Source: an uncultured Selenomonadaceae bacterium
Lineage (GTDB): Bacteria > Bacillota > Negativicutes > Selenomonadales > Selenomonadaceae
Length of the DNA stretch: 64,000 bases
Assembly: GCA_905234365.1 (NCBI GenBank)
Contig: CAJOHI010000007.1
Span: 11,343 to 75,342, forward strand
Direction: 5' to 3'
The notes beneath the pieces were generated by a model. That model ran no database searches. It saw only the letters and a list, made by a program, of their open reading frames with translations, and was not told where the DNA came from. Below are positions 37,338 to 48,717 of this stretch, in pieces. How positions within the stretch are numbered: the first letter of the stretch is position 1; each line of letters opens with the position of its first letter. The position numbers and the translations under genes were made by a program.

Positions 37338-38603
37338 TTGAATATTTTAATAATTGGCAGCGGTGGACGTGAACACACATTAGCCTGGAAAATTTCGCAA
37401 AGTTCAAAATGTGAGAAACTCTACGCAATACCTGGCAATCTTGGAATTGCAGAAGTCGCCGAATGTATTGAAGGAATTTCAATTAACGATAATTCAGCAG
37501 TTATTGATTTTGCAAAAAGTCACGAGATTGGCTTAGTTGTGATTGGACCGGAAGCGCCGCTAGTCAATGGTTTAGTTGATGATTTGACAGCAGCAGGTAT
37601 CAAGGCATTTGGACCAACAAAGGCTGCTGCACAAATTGAAGGCTCGAAGATTTTTGCTAAGAACTTGATGAAAAAATACAATATTCCAACGGCTACTTAT
37701 GAAATTTTCGACGACGTTAATAAAGCATGCAGATATATTAAGGCGGCAGGTACTCCGATTGTTGTCAAAGCTGACGGACTTGCGGCAGGCAAAGGCGTTA
37801 TCGTTGCACAGACAGTTGACGAGGCGATTAATGCTGTCTTTGAAGTCATGGAGCAAAAGTCTTTTGGTGAGGCCGGCAGTCGAATTGTGATTGAGGAATT
37901 TATGGACGGCGAAGAAGCCTCTGTTTTAGCCTTTACAGACGGCAAAACAATCATTCCTATGGTTCCGTCGCAGGATCACAAGCGAGTCAATGACGGCGAT
38001 AAAGGACTTAATACCGGCGGCATGGGTGCATATGCTCCGGCACCGATTATGACTGAAGAAATTCTCAAAAAAGCGGAAGATAAAATTTTAAAACCGACTA
38101 TTGCTGCAATGTCCAAAGAAGGAATTAATTATAAAGGCTGTCTCTATGCAGGTTTGATGATTGTCAACGGTGAGCCTAAAGTTGTCGAATTTAATGCACG
38201 ATTTGGCGATCCTGAAACTCAAGTTGTATTGCCACTTTTGGAAAATGATTTAGTTGATATAATGCTTGCCTGTATCGAAGAAAATCTTGACACTCAAAAA
38301 ATAGAATGGTCTTCTGACAGCGCAGTTTGCATAGTGTTGGCTTCCGGCGGGTATCCTCAAAATTATAAAAAAGGCTTTGAAATTGACGGAATTAACAAGG
38401 CTAAGGCTTTAGGCAATTTGATTTTTCATGCAGGCACGGCTAAGGCTGGTAATAAAATTGTTACGAACGGTGGCAGAGTGCTGGGCGTCGTTGCAAGAGC
38501 TGACAATATTAAATCTGCTGTCGATAAGGCATATAAAGGCGTTGAAGTGATTCATTTTGATAATATGCACTTCAGAAAAGACATTGCTTATCGTGCATTA
38601 TAA
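37338..38603 (+). CDS. purD: phosphoribosylamine-glycine ligase
   Basis: 421 aa with a TTG start. NILIIGSGGREH...VVKADGLAAGKGV...EFNARFGDPE. Confidence 0.97.
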   Translation: MNILIIGSGGREHTLAWKISQSSKCEKLYAIPGNLGIAEVAECIEGISINDNSAVIDFAKSHEIGLVVIGPEAPLVNGLVDDLTAAGIKAFGPTKAAAQIEGSKIFAKNLMKKYNIPTATYEIFDDVNKACRYIKAAGTPIVVKADGLAAGKGVIVAQTVDEAINAVFEVMEQKSFGEAGSRIVIEEFMDGEEASVLAFTDGKTIIPMVPSQDHKRVNDGDKGLNTGGMGAYAPAPIMTEEILKKAEDKILKPTIAAMSKEGINYKGCLYAGLMIVNGEPKVVEFNARFGDPETQVVLPLLENDLVDIMLACIEENLDTQKIEWSSDSAVCIVLASGGYPQNYKKGFEIDGINKAKALGNLIFHAGTAKAGNKIVTNGGRVLGVVARADNIKSAVDKAYKGVEVIHFDNMHFRKDIAYRAL

Positions 38604-38627
38604 AATTAATATTTGGAGTGATTTAAA

Positions 38628-39770
38628 ATGTTTGATGTAATTATAATCGGTGCCGGATTTGCCGGTTCAGTTTTGGCGGAAAGATTCGCAACACAGCAAA
38701 ATAAATCTGTCCTGCTCATTGAACGCCGTAATCATATTGGCGGTAATTGCTATGATGAGCGTGATGATAACGGTGTTTTAATTCATAAGTACGGTCCGCA
38801 TTTACTTCACACTGACGATGAAGAAGTTTGGAAATATCTTTCGCAATTTGCTAATTGGGACGTTTATCATCATCACGTTCAGGCAATGATTGACGGTCAA
38901 ATTGTTCCTCTGCCTTTTAACTTGAATACTCTGCATAAACTTTTTCCGACGCCGCTTGCAAATAAACTTGAATCAGCATTGCTTAATCGCTACGATTATA
39001 ATTCAAAAGTGCCAATCCTCAAGTTGAAACAATCTACGGATAAAGATTTGCGTTATCTTGCTGATTATGTCTATGAGAAAGTTTTCCTGCATTATACTGA
39101 AAAACAATGGGGACTTTCACCGGAAAATATTGAAGGTGCCGTAACTGCTCGCGTACCTGTTTTCGTCGGCCGTGATGACAGATATTTTAACGACAGATTC
39201 CAAGCTGTACCTACAAAAGGCTATACCGAACTTTTCAAGAAAATGCTGAATCACAAAAATATTAAAATTTTACTCAACACCAGATTCAACGAACTTATGA
39301 GAGTTGACGGCGATAAAATTTTCTTCCTGGATCAACCTTTTGACGGTCAAGTAATTTACACCGGTCAACTTGATGAACTTTTCAACGAAAAATTTGGTTC
39401 TCTGCCTTACAGAAGTATTGATATGAAATTTGAAATTGTAGACACTGAAAATTATCAGCCTGCAGCGGTTGTCAACTATCCGAACAATTATGATTTTACG
39501 CGAATCACCGAATTTAAAAAGATTCATCCTATTAAATCAATTACGACAACAATTTTAAAAGAATATCCGCAGGATTATGTACCTGGAAAAAATACGCCAT
39601 ATTATCCAATTTTCACCGAAGAAAATCAAAAACGCTATGAGCAATATGCCTCAGCAGTCAAAGAAGTTAAAAATTTAACTGCCGTTGGTCGACTTGCTGA
39701 ATATCGTTATTACGATATGGACGACATTGTTAAACGTGCGCTTGATGTGTTTAAAACTTTCGGCGAATAA
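38628..39770 (+). CDS. glf: UDP-galactopyranose mutase
   Basis: FDVIIIGAGFAGSVLAERFA...IGGNCYD...HKYGPHLLHT...GRLAEYRYYDMD. Confidence 0.95.
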   Translation: MFDVIIIGAGFAGSVLAERFATQQNKSVLLIERRNHIGGNCYDERDDNGVLIHKYGPHLLHTDDEEVWKYLSQFANWDVYHHHVQAMIDGQIVPLPFNLNTLHKLFPTPLANKLESALLNRYDYNSKVPILKLKQSTDKDLRYLADYVYEKVFLHYTEKQWGLSPENIEGAVTARVPVFVGRDDRYFNDRFQAVPTKGYTELFKKMLNHKNIKILLNTRFNELMRVDGDKIFFLDQPFDGQVIYTGQLDELFNEKFGSLPYRSIDMKFEIVDTENYQPAAVVNYPNNYDFTRITEFKKIHPIKSITTTILKEYPQDYVPGKNTPYYPIFTEENQKRYEQYASAVKEVKNLTAVGRLAEYRYYDMDDIVKRALDVFKTFGE

Positions 39771-39787
39771 CCGGAGGCTGAATTAAT

Positions 39788-40555
39788 TTGGACGTAAAAA
39801 TTTTAGTTGCTACGCATAAGGAATATTGGCTGCCGAATGAAGATGTTTATCTTCCAATTCACGTTGGCTGCACAGGACAGGCTAAGTTTGGATTTGTTGG
39901 CGATAATACCGGTGATAACATTGCCGAAAAAAATGCTAACTATTGTGAGTTGACCGGTTTATATTGGGCATGGCGAAATTTAGATTGCGAATATTTAGGC
40001 TTGTGTCATTATCGTCGTTATTTTGGACATAAGAATTATTTTGACGGCACTGAAAAATTGAAGCAAAAAATTTTTCAACGTGCGGATTACGAAAAACTTC
40101 TGGAAGAAAACGAAATTATCTTGCCATATCAACGGCGATACTATATTGAGACCGTACGCAGTCAATATGAACATGCTCACAGCGCTCGTGATTTGGAGCA
40201 AATTGAAGATATTATTGCAAAACATCATCCGGATTATTTAAGGTCATTTCGTGCAGTAATGAATCGGCGAAAGCTGCATTTGTGGAATATGTTTGTTATG
40301 AAAAAAAATATGCTTGATTCGTATTGCAGTTGGCTTTTCGATATATTGTTCCGCTATGAAAAATGGATGGACGAACATAACTTGAGTGAGCAAAAGTGGC
40401 GTTTATTCGGTTTCATTTCTGAGCGACTTTTAGATGTTTGGCTGTTTGGCAAGAATTTAAAAAAAGCAGAAGTTGACGTGGTTATGTTGGAAAAAATTAA
40501 CTGGTTCAAAAAAGGCAGTGATTTTCTGCGTCGTAAATTCTTTGGACGCTCATGA
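39788..40555 (+). CDS. DUF4422-family glycosyltransferase (galactofuranosyltransferase-like)
   Basis: ILVATHKEYWLP...YLPIHVG...NANYCELTGLYWAWRN...LGLCHYRRYF. It follows glf by 17 nt. Confidence 0.8.
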   Translation: MDVKILVATHKEYWLPNEDVYLPIHVGCTGQAKFGFVGDNTGDNIAEKNANYCELTGLYWAWRNLDCEYLGLCHYRRYFGHKNYFDGTEKLKQKIFQRADYEKLLEENEIILPYQRRYYIETVRSQYEHAHSARDLEQIEDIIAKHHPDYLRSFRAVMNRRKLHLWNMFVMKKNMLDSYCSWLFDILFRYEKWMDEHNLSEQKWRLFGFISERLLDVWLFGKNLKKAEVDVVMLEKINWFKKGSDFLRRKFFGRS

Positions 40556-40556
40556 A

Positions 40557-40694
40557 AAGTTCAATTTGGAATTGGATTCAATTTTGGATATTAAAGCGGA
40601 AATTGCAGTTGATTATCACTTTGACTACGCTGAAAATATAAATCATGACAATCAAATTGCGAAACTAACATACAGTCAATCAACGAATAAATAA
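40557..40694 (+). pseudogene. short 3' remnant of an RTX-like adhesin paralogue
   Basis: Encodes ...FNLELDSILDIKAEIAVDYHFDYAENINHDNQIAKLTYSQSTNK-stop. It is ~90% DNA-identical to the reverse complement of 26620-26760. It starts right after the glycosyltransferase stop, and the rest of track ORF 40473-40694 is an out-of-frame overlap. Confidence 0.55.
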
Positions 40695-40711
40695 GTTATA
40701 AATTAGTAACG

Positions 40712-40742
40712 GAAGAAAGTTTTGGACTTCTTCTGCTTTTTT
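40712..40742 (+). terminator. rho-independent terminator conserved with the copy at 26575-26610
   Basis: GAAGAAAGT-tttgg-ACTTCTTC followed by TGCTTTTTT. Confidence 0.5.
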
Positions 40743-41073
40743 ATTTGTCAAAAATGGCATTAACAATAGTTTGGAGCATTTTGCGTTCCTTAGCGGTTGG
40801 AAACTTCGATTTAATAGTATACTTGCCGTACAAAATCATCGTCTCAAAGTCTACGGTATCCATTGCGTCGAGACAACTTTTGTCGTTTTCGAGGAGATAA
40901 TCAATCGACACGTCGAAGAAATTGGCAAGTTTTTTTATTGTCGCAATGTCCGGCTCACGAATGCCTTGTTCATAATTACTATAAGTTGATGGAAGTATAT
41001 TTATATTTTGGGCTACTTGAGCTTGAGATAATTCTTGATGTTTTCGCAAATAACGAAGTTTATCTTTAAACAT
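40741..41073 (-). CDS. XRE-family HTH transcriptional regulator, divergent from the RTX-like gene
   Basis: MFKDKLRYLRKHQELSQAQVAQNINILPSTYSNYEQGIREPDIATIKKLANFFDVSIDYLL. The start is ATG 41073; the track ORF extends to 41151 through a hydrophobic, probably untranslated leader. Confidence 0.8.
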   Translation of the reverse strand: MFKDKLRYLRKHQELSQAQVAQNINILPSTYSNYEQGIREPDIATIKKLANFFDVSIDYLLENDKSCLDAMDTVDFETMILYGKYTIKSKFPTAKERKMLQTIVNAIFDK

Positions 41074-41275
41074 ATATATCACCGTTAAGAATATTAGGTA
41101 TGAAAATATATGTTTTACACAAATTTTAATAAAATACTTGTAATTATTCAATATGTGTTGTAAAATAGAAAAAATATTTGGAATTTTTCTTGTATTTAAT
41201 GATCGAGGTGATTTATAATTAAAATAAATTTTTTGTCGTTGTTAATTTTGATTTGAAAGAAAGGTGATTTTTTGT

Positions 41276-44200
41276 ATGGCTGATATCTATAATGATACGA
41301 GTAATACCATTATTGCAGGAACTATAGAAAATAATTTTATTTATAATGCCGCTGCTGATAATGTTACTATTAATGGCGGCACAAATGAAGATACTATTTA
41401 TACTAACTATAGTCTCCATGTGTCTATCAATAGTGGCATTGGTAACGATTCCGTTTATAACTACCACAGCGACAGCGTAACCATTGATAGTGGCGACGGT
41501 AATGATTCTATTTATAATGACTATGGCGACTACATTACTATTAGTAGTGGCACTGGTAGTGATTCGATTTATAACTACTATGGCAAATATGTTACTATTA
41601 ATGGTGGTGACGATAATGATTCCATTACGAACTACTATGGTCACATAACTACTATTAATGCTGGCACTGGTGATGATTCGATTTATAATTACTACGATCA
41701 TGATGTCTCTATTGTTGGTAGCGACGGTAATGATTTCATTTATAACGAACAGGGTAATGCTATTACTGTCAATGGTGGCACTGGTAATGATTCGATTTAT
41801 AATTCCGGCAACTACGTTACTATTAATGGTGGTGACGGTAATGATTCCATTAATAATGTCGGCGACAACGTTAATATTAATGCTGGAACTGGTGACGACA
41901 TTATAAGCCTCAGCAGCCTTTTTTATTGTAATGTCATTAAATATGCCAATGGTGATGGTAATGATACTATCTATGGTTTTGATTCAAATGATACTATTAA
42001 TATTACAAATGGCGATTATTCAACGCTGGAAAGTGGCGATGATGTAATTATTACCGTTGACAATGCCTCAATGCTCCTAAAAGACGCTAAAGGCAAAGCC
42101 ATTAATATAGCTAAGGAAATAACTACCACCATTAACAATGGATTTTATATTTCAAATTATAATGAAAATACTTTGATTAGCGGCAGTGATTATAATGATA
42201 CTATCTATAATAACGCAGTTAGAAATGTAACTATTAATTCTGGTGTTGGTAATGATTATATTTATAATCACGAAGACAGTGTGATTATTGACAGTGGTGC
42301 TGGTAATGATTCTATTTATAGCGATCTTGGTCAATATGTCTCTATTGATGGTGGCGCTGGCGATGATTACATTTATAGCAACGACAACAAAAAAGTTACC
42401 ATTAATGGTAGCGAAGGTAATGATATTATACATCTTAGCAACTACTATGGTGAATATTCTTCTTCATATGGCAATATAATTAATTATTCTGATGGCGATG
42501 GTAATGATACTATCTATGGTTTTGATTCAAATGATACTATTAATATTACAAATGGCGATTATTCGACGCTGGAAAGTGGCGATGATGTAATTATCACCGT
42601 TGGAAATGGTTCAATGCTTCTCATAGACTCTAAAGGTCAAACTATTAAAATAATTAAAAGAATTAATGCCATTAACGACGAATTGTATATTTCAAATCAT
42701 AATGAAAATACTTTGATTAGCGGCAGTGATTATGATGATACTATCTATAATGACGAAGTTAGAAATGTAACTATTAATTCTGGCACTGGCAATGATTCTA
42801 TTGGTAACTCTTTCGGTCGTTATGTCTCTATTGATAGTGGTGCTGGTAGTGATTCAATTTATAACTACTATGGTCGCTATGTCTCTATAAATGGTGGTAC
42901 TGGTGATGATTCTATTGATAATAATTACGGCGACAGAGTTACTATCAATGGTGGCGAAGACGATGATTCAATTTATAATCGTCATGGTCGCTATGTCTCT
43001 ATAAATGGTAGTGCTGGTGATGATTCCATTACGAACGACTCCAGCGCCGCCAATGTTACCATAAGTGGTGGCGAAGGTAATGATTCAATTAGGAACTATG
43101 AAGGTTATGCCGCATCTATCAATGGTGGCGAGGGTAGTGATTCTATTTACAATTCCGGCAACTATGTTACTATCAATGGTGGTGTCGGTGCTGATTCTAT
43201 TTATTCTTCCGGCGACAGAGCTATTATTAATGGTGGCGACAGTAATGATTCCATTAATAATGCCGGCGACCACATCACTATAAATGGTGGTACTAATGAT
43301 GATTCAATTACGAACTACAGCGGCGATTATGTTAATATTGATGGTAGTGAAGGTAACGATATTATAAGTCTCAGCAACTATGCTCGTTACAGTATTATTA
43401 AATATGCCAATGGCGACGGTAATGATACTGTTTATGGTCTTAATTATGATGATACTGTCAATATCACAAGCGGTGATTATTCAACGCAGGAAAGTGGCGA
43501 CGATATAATTGTCAGTGTCGGCAACGGCTCAATGCTTCTAAAAGACGCCAAAGGTCAGACACTTAACATTATTGGCAACAAAGTTATTGATAACGTAAAA
43601 AGTAATTTTACTTACAACTCTAATAAAACAGCTATAACTCTCGATTCAGTTTTTAGTGGCACTCTTGATTCAACTGATTATGATTCAACAGTCAAAACGA
43701 TTGATGCAACTAAAGTCACAAAAGCAATTAACATTGTCGGAAACAGTCTTGCTAACACCATTAAAGGAACCTCAAAAGCTGACACCATTTATGGCGGTGC
43801 AGGCAAAGATGTTCTTTACGGCAATAAAGGTGCTGATTTTATCGAAGGTGGCGCCGGTGCTGATACCTTATTCGGCGGTAAAGGTAAAGATACTCTCGTC
43901 GGTGGCAATGGTAAAGATGTTTTCGTTTACTTTAACGGTGACGGCAGCGACATCATCACTGATTATACTGCCACTCAAGACAGAATTTTAATGCAGAATT
44001 TGGAGTCTATGACTTCTTCGCTGAGTGGTTCTGACGTGGTTTTGACGGTTGGCAAAGGCTCAATTACCGTTAAAGAAGGTGTCAATAAAGCAATATCATT
44101 AATTGATCCTGACGGCAATGATATTTATTTAATGCAAGGCTCAAGCGGTAAAGACAGCTTAACAGGAAGTGCAAGCAAAGATACAATTTATGGCAATGGC

Positions 44201-44702
44201 GGAGCTGATTACTTGAGTGGTTAACGGCGGAGCTGGTGCAGACTCTATTGAAGGTGGCGCCGGTGCGGATACTATTATCGGTGGCAAAGGTAAGGATACT
44301 TTGACGGGTGGCAAAGGCAAGAATGTCTACATTTACAACAACGGCGACGGTAAAGACATTATCACGGATTATAAGTCATCGGACAAAATTCAAATTGACA
44401 GCAGCTATTCAACGCAGGTAAGCGGTCAAGATGTAATTATTAAAGTCGGCAGCGGTTCAATCACACTTAAAGACGCGATCGACAAGAAATTAAATATTGA
44501 TACTTCGCTTAACTATATTGAATCTGCATGGTTTGCTCAAGATGACAATTTTATAACTGATGATATTGACTCAATCTTTGAAACTGCGACAAATAATTAC
44601 AATGTCGGAAGTATTGAAGTCTTAAATAATTCAACAGACATTTTAACTGACTTCAGGAAAAATGATCGAACGCTTGCAAATAATAGTAAGTGTCCTAAAT
44701 AA
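41276..44702 (+). pseudogene. very large RTX-like / beta-roll repeat surface protein (~1140 aa if continuous), frameshifted at 44217-44224
   Basis: AAAGGTG RBS plus ATG 41276, with no N-terminal signal peptide. It carries dozens of 18-19-aa units of the form V(T/S)I(N/D)(G/S)G.G(N/D)DSIYN. C-terminal classical nonapeptides read GGAGKDVLYGNKGADFIEGGAGADTLFGGKGKDTLVGGNGKD. Frame 1 ends GGADYLSG-stop. The next frame continues NGGAGADSIEGGAGADTIIGGKGKDTLTGGKGK to 44702. Confidence 0.7.
41954..42790 (+). repeat. intragenic tandem duplication (~540-543 bp period) within the RTX-like gene
   Basis: gatggtaatgatactatctatggttttgattcaaatgatactattaatattacaaatggcgattattc... occurs at 41954 and again at 42497. 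atttcaaat.ataatgaaaatactttgattagcggcagtgatta occurs at 42149 and 42689. A more diverged third copy lies near 43390-43570. Confidence 0.85.
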
Positions 44703-44725
44703 TTTTAATTTGATTTTCAAGTACA

Positions 44726-44756
44726 ATCTTCCAAATCGCTGGAAGATTTTTTTATT
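44726..44756 (+). terminator. rho-independent terminator after the RTX-like gene
   Basis: ATCTTCCA-aatcgc-TGGAAGAT followed by TTTTTTTATTTT. Confidence 0.6.
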
Positions 44757-44788
44757 TTACATTTCACGCAGTAAAAAATATAACTTGC

Positions 44789-44817
44789 TTGACATATTCG
44801 ACAATATTTGTTATAAA
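44789..44817 (+). promoter_or_regulatory. sigma-70-like promoter upstream of clpX
   Basis: TTGACA - 17 nt - TATAAA. This would give a ~180-nt leader before ATG 45001. Confidence 0.4.
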
Positions 44818-45000
44818 TGAATCAGAATATTTTAATGATTGGCGTTGTTAAATTGTCCATGAGTAGGAGGTGAAACCGTTACTTAATTTGTGATGTATTA
44901 ATTAAATTTTTTGTGTCCTAAAAATATCAAATTTGCAGTCTGAATCAGCAATCGGCACGATAGTTTAATTTATTTACGTATTAAATAACGGTAATATAAT

Positions 45001-46278
45001 ATGTTGAAATTCGGCGGAAGTCCTGGTGTTTTAAAATGTTCCTTTTGTGAAAAAACAGAACATCAAGTCAGAAAATTAATTGCAGGTCCACATAATGTTT
45101 ATATTTGTGATGAATGTATTGAGCTTTGCAGTGAAATTATAGAGGAAGATGACGATGACGAAGTTATTGTAGGTGATGAAATTGACTTGCCTAAGCCTAA
45201 AGAAATTTGTTCGATTTTAGACCAATATGTTATAGGACAGGCTGATGCTAAAAAAACGCTTTCGGTTGCAGTTTACAATCATTATAAGCGCATAAATCAA
45301 AAGGAAAAGCGCAATAAAAGTGATGTCGAGCTTCAAAAATCCAATATTTTAATGATTGGGCCTACAGGCTGCGGCAAAACTTTATTGGCTCAAACGCTGG
45401 CAGGTATTTTAAATGTGCCGCTTGCTATTGTCGATGCAAATTCTATGACGGAAGCCGGTTACGTTGGCGAAGATGTTGAGGATATTTTATTTTCGCTCCT
45501 TCAAGCTGCAAACGGCGATGTAGAAAAGGCGGAACGCGGCATAGTTTACATTGACGAAATTGATAAAATTGCTCGTAAAAGCGGCATGGGACGTGATATT
45601 TCCGGCGAAGGTGTCCAGCAGGCACTTTTGAAGGTCTTGGAAGGTACAAAAGTTTCGCTTATTTCTCCAAGTAGCAGCGGCGGTTTTAGACATTCGGCTC
45701 AAATGGCATCACCTATAACTATCGACACTAGAAATATCTTATTCATTTGCGGTGGCGCTTTCACTTCACTCGAAAAAGTTATTGAGAATCGTTTAAAAGG
45801 CAGTAACTTAGGATTTGGCGCAGCAGTTCAATCTAAGACTGACAAAGATGTAGGTGCCACGTTAAAAGAAGTTGTGCCGGACGATTTATTAAAGGATGGC
45901 TTAATACCTGAACTCGTTGGACGTTTGCCGATAATTGTTACTCTTGATGCTCTTGACGAAGAAGCTCTTATCGAAATTTTAACTAAGCCTAAAAATGCGC
46001 TAATTAAACAATATCAAAAACTCATGGAAATGGATGGCGCAAATCTTATATTTGAAGACGAAGCTGTTAGACTTATTGCAAAAGAGGCAATCCAAAGAAA
46101 TACCGGTGCAAGAGGACTACGCTCAATTCTTGAAAAGTTGATGCGGAACGTCATGTTTGAGGCACCGTCGGTAGATGGCAGAGCAACTTGCGTTATAACC
46201 GAAGAAGTAGTTAAAAATAATCAAGAACCGATTCTTCAGATTGACAGCAGCAAGGTTAAAAAAATTCGTAATGTTTAA
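45001..46278 (+). CDS. clpX: ATP-dependent Clp protease ATP-binding subunit ClpX
   Basis: Zinc-finger [28 protein letters not shown] and Walker A GPTGCGKT. The pore-loop region reads [20 protein letters not shown] is also present. Confidence 0.97.
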   Translation: MLKFGGSPGVLKCSFCEKTEHQVRKLIAGPHNVYICDECIELCSEIIEEDDDDEVIVGDEIDLPKPKEICSILDQYVIGQADAKKTLSVAVYNHYKRINQKEKRNKSDVELQKSNILMIGPTGCGKTLLAQTLAGILNVPLAIVDANSMTEAGYVGEDVEDILFSLLQAANGDVEKAERGIVYIDEIDKIARKSGMGRDISGEGVQQALLKVLEGTKVSLISPSSSGGFRHSAQMASPITIDTRNILFICGGAFTSLEKVIENRLKGSNLGFGAAVQSKTDKDVGATLKEVVPDDLLKDGLIPELVGRLPIIVTLDALDEEALIEILTKPKNALIKQYQKLMEMDGANLIFEDEAVRLIAKEAIQRNTGARGLRSILEKLMRNVMFEAPSVDGRATCVITEEVVKNNQEPILQIDSSKVKKIRNV

Positions 46279-46316
46279 TTGTTATTAAATTAGGCATTAA
46301 TATGGGAGTGATATAA

Positions 46317-48629
46317 ATGGCCGAATTGGTAAGTTTGCCGCTAGTACCGCTTCGAGGAATGACAATATTTCCAAATATGATAGTACATTTAGACGTAGGC
46401 AGAGATCGTTCAGTAAGCGCACTTGAGGCGGCAATGGTAGAAGAACGTAAAATTTTTTTGGTTGCACAAAAGACAATCGACAATGAGTCTCCTGATCGTG
46501 AAGAACTTTACGAAATTGGAACTGTCTCAGAAATTAAACAGATTTTAAAATTACCGGACGGTAACATTAGGGTTTTAGTTGAAGGTCTCAATCGCGGCAT
46601 AATGGTCGGTTATCGTGAATTTGAAAATTATGCTGAAGTTGACGTTGACGTACATGAAGATCACTGGACTGAATCACTGCATATGGAAGCCTTAATTCGT
46701 GGCGTTGTGCATGAATTTGAAGATTGGGTTAAACTCAGTCGAAAAATTCCGCCGGAAACTTTCGTCGCAGTTACAATTCTTGAAGATGTTGGACGCCTTG
46801 CCGATTTGATTGCAAGTCATTTAAATTTAAAATTGGAAGATAAGCAGGCTATATTGGAATGTCTTGACGTTGAACAGAGACTTCAAAAACTCTATGAAAT
46901 TCTGGCACGTGAACTGGAAGTGCTTAAAATGGAAAACAAAATTGGTCAGCAAGTTCGCAGTCAGATGGAAAAAATTCAAAAAGATTATTACTTGCGTGAG
47001 CAACTCAAGGCAATTCATAAGGAACTTGGTGAAGATGAAGACAGAGCCGACGAAATGGCAGAATATCATAAAAGGTTAGATGAAGGCGGTTATCCTGAAG
47101 AAGTTAAAAAAGTCGTTGAAAAAGAAATGCGGCGTATGGATAAGTTGCCTTCAATGTCTCAAGAATTGAGTGTTATCCGTACTTATGTTGATTGGTTAAT
47201 GGACCTGCCTTGGCAAAAGTCAACAGAAGACATGATGGATATTGCCAACGCTGAAAAGGTTTTAAATCAAGACCACTACGGCTTAGAAAAAGTCAAAGAA
47301 AGAATTTTAGACTTTTTAGCGGTTAAAGAATTAGTGCAGGATAAGCCTTCTCCAATTTTATGTTTAGTCGGTCCGCCTGGTGTTGGTAAAACTTCTCTTG
47401 CTTCGTCGATTGCAAGGGCCATGAATCGTAAATTCGTTCGCGCTTCACTTGGCGGCATCAGAGACGAGGCGGAAATTAGAGGACATCGCAGAACCTATGT
47501 CGGCGCAATGCCTGGTAGAATTATTCAAGGTATTCGCAAAGTTGGCGCAAATAATCCTGTATTTTTGCTCGACGAAGTTGATAAAATTGGTGCAGCAGGT
47601 TACAGCGGCGATCCTTCATCGGCACTTCTGGAAGTCCTTGATCCTGCACAAAATAACACTTTCAGCGATCATTATATTGATTTGCCTTTTGACCTCTCTC
47701 ATGTTCTTTGGATCGTCACCGCTAATAATCTTGGAACGATTCCAAAGCCACTTCGTGACAGAATGGAAATTATTACACTTTCGAGTTATACTGAGGCTGA
47801 AAAATATGAAATTGCTAAACGTCATTTAACTAAGCGCCAAAAGGAAGAAAACGGATTAGCAAACGGTGATGTTTATTTCGGTGGCGGTGTACTTCAAGAG
47901 ATCGTTGCCGAGTATACTCGCGAAGCCGGCGTACGTGAGTTGGAGCGAATCATTGGCAAGGCTTGTCGTAAGGCAGCAAGAAAAATTGTTGAAGGTTCAG
48001 AAAAACCAATCAGAATTACAAAAAAGAATTTGTCAGACTTCATTGGAAAGCCTAAATTTATTCAGACTAAAGCAGAGAAAAAGCCACAAATTGGAGTATC
48101 AACCGGAATGGCCTGGACAGAAGTTGGCGGCGACATTTTACCGACTGAAGCAATAGTTTTAAAAGGCAAAGGGCAGCTTATTTTGACAGGCAAACTCGGA
48201 GATGTCATGCAAGAATCTGCACAAGCCGGCTTGACTTATGTTAGAAGCCGCTCTGATATGTTGAAACTCGAAGAAGATTTTTACGAAAAAAATGATATCC
48301 ACGTTCACGTACCTGAAGGCGCTGTGCCAAAGGACGGACCTTCCGCAGGCATAACGATGGCTACGGCGATGATTTCTGCTCTCACAAAACGAAAAGTACG
48401 CAGTGATGTTGCGATGACAGGTGAAATTACATTAAGAGGCAATGTTTTGCCGATCGGCGGTCTCAAGGAAAAAGTTTTGGCGGCATATCGTGAAGGTATG
48501 CACACGATTATTTTGCCTAAAGAAAATACTCGTGATCTGGAAGATATACCTGAAAATGTCAGAGAAAAATTAGAATTTGTGCCAGTTGAACACATGGACG
48601 AAGTTTTAAAGACCGCATTGTTAAAATAA
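46317..48629 (+). CDS. lon: ATP-dependent Lon protease
   Basis: 770 aa with the LON N-domain [15 protein letters not shown], Walker [10 protein letters not shown], and protease Ser in [14 protein letters not shown]. Confidence 0.97.
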   Translation: MAELVSLPLVPLRGMTIFPNMIVHLDVGRDRSVSALEAAMVEERKIFLVAQKTIDNESPDREELYEIGTVSEIKQILKLPDGNIRVLVEGLNRGIMVGYREFENYAEVDVDVHEDHWTESLHMEALIRGVVHEFEDWVKLSRKIPPETFVAVTILEDVGRLADLIASHLNLKLEDKQAILECLDVEQRLQKLYEILARELEVLKMENKIGQQVRSQMEKIQKDYYLREQLKAIHKELGEDEDRADEMAEYHKRLDEGGYPEEVKKVVEKEMRRMDKLPSMSQELSVIRTYVDWLMDLPWQKSTEDMMDIANAEKVLNQDHYGLEKVKERILDFLAVKELVQDKPSPILCLVGPPGVGKTSLASSIARAMNRKFVRASLGGIRDEAEIRGHRRTYVGAMPGRIIQGIRKVGANNPVFLLDEVDKIGAAGYSGDPSSALLEVLDPAQNNTFSDHYIDLPFDLSHVLWIVTANNLGTIPKPLRDRMEIITLSSYTEAEKYEIAKRHLTKRQKEENGLANGDVYFGGGVLQEIVAEYTREAGVRELERIIGKACRKAARKIVEGSEKPIRITKKNLSDFIGKPKFIQTKAEKKPQIGVSTGMAWTEVGGDILPTEAIVLKGKGQLILTGKLGDVMQESAQAGLTYVRSRSDMLKLEEDFYEKNDIHVHVPEGAVPKDGPSAGITMATAMISALTKRKVRSDVAMTGEITLRGNVLPIGGLKEKVLAAYREGMHTIILPKENTRDLEDIPENVREKLEFVPVEHMDEVLKTALLK

Positions 48630-48656
48630 AAATTTACGACACGTTTCAAATAAAAA

Positions 48657-48695
48657 ACTCTCAAAAGGTTTTTAACCAAATGAGAGTCTTTTTTG
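48657..48695 (+). terminator. rho-independent terminator after lon
   Basis: ACTCTCA - 17-nt loop - TGAGAGT followed by CTTTTTTG. Confidence 0.5.
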
Positions 48696-48717
48696 TTGCC
48701 AATATCAATTTAATAAA

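Noticed and set aside
40473-40556. The 5' part of track ORF 40473-40694
   Set aside because: It is an out-of-frame overlap with the end of the DUF4422 glycosyltransferase gene. Homology to the adhesin C-terminus starts only at ~40557.
41219-41701. A 160-aa minus-strand ORF, and similar ones at 42152-42433 and 43085-43273, plus alternate plus-frame ORFs at 41658-41906, 42288-42479, 43065-43283 and 43656-3991 region, all inside the RTX-like gene
   Set aside because: They are low-complexity I/N/T/V-rich translations of the repeat DNA in wrong frames. They have no RBS and lie fully inside a gene with clear repeat-protein logic.
44859-44873. A strong AGGAGGTG Shine-Dalgarno-like sequence in the clpX leader, with only a 4-codon ORF (ATG AGT AGG AGG TGA) around it
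   Set aside because: No ORF of meaningful length follows it. It is possibly a structural leader element, but there is no evidence either way.
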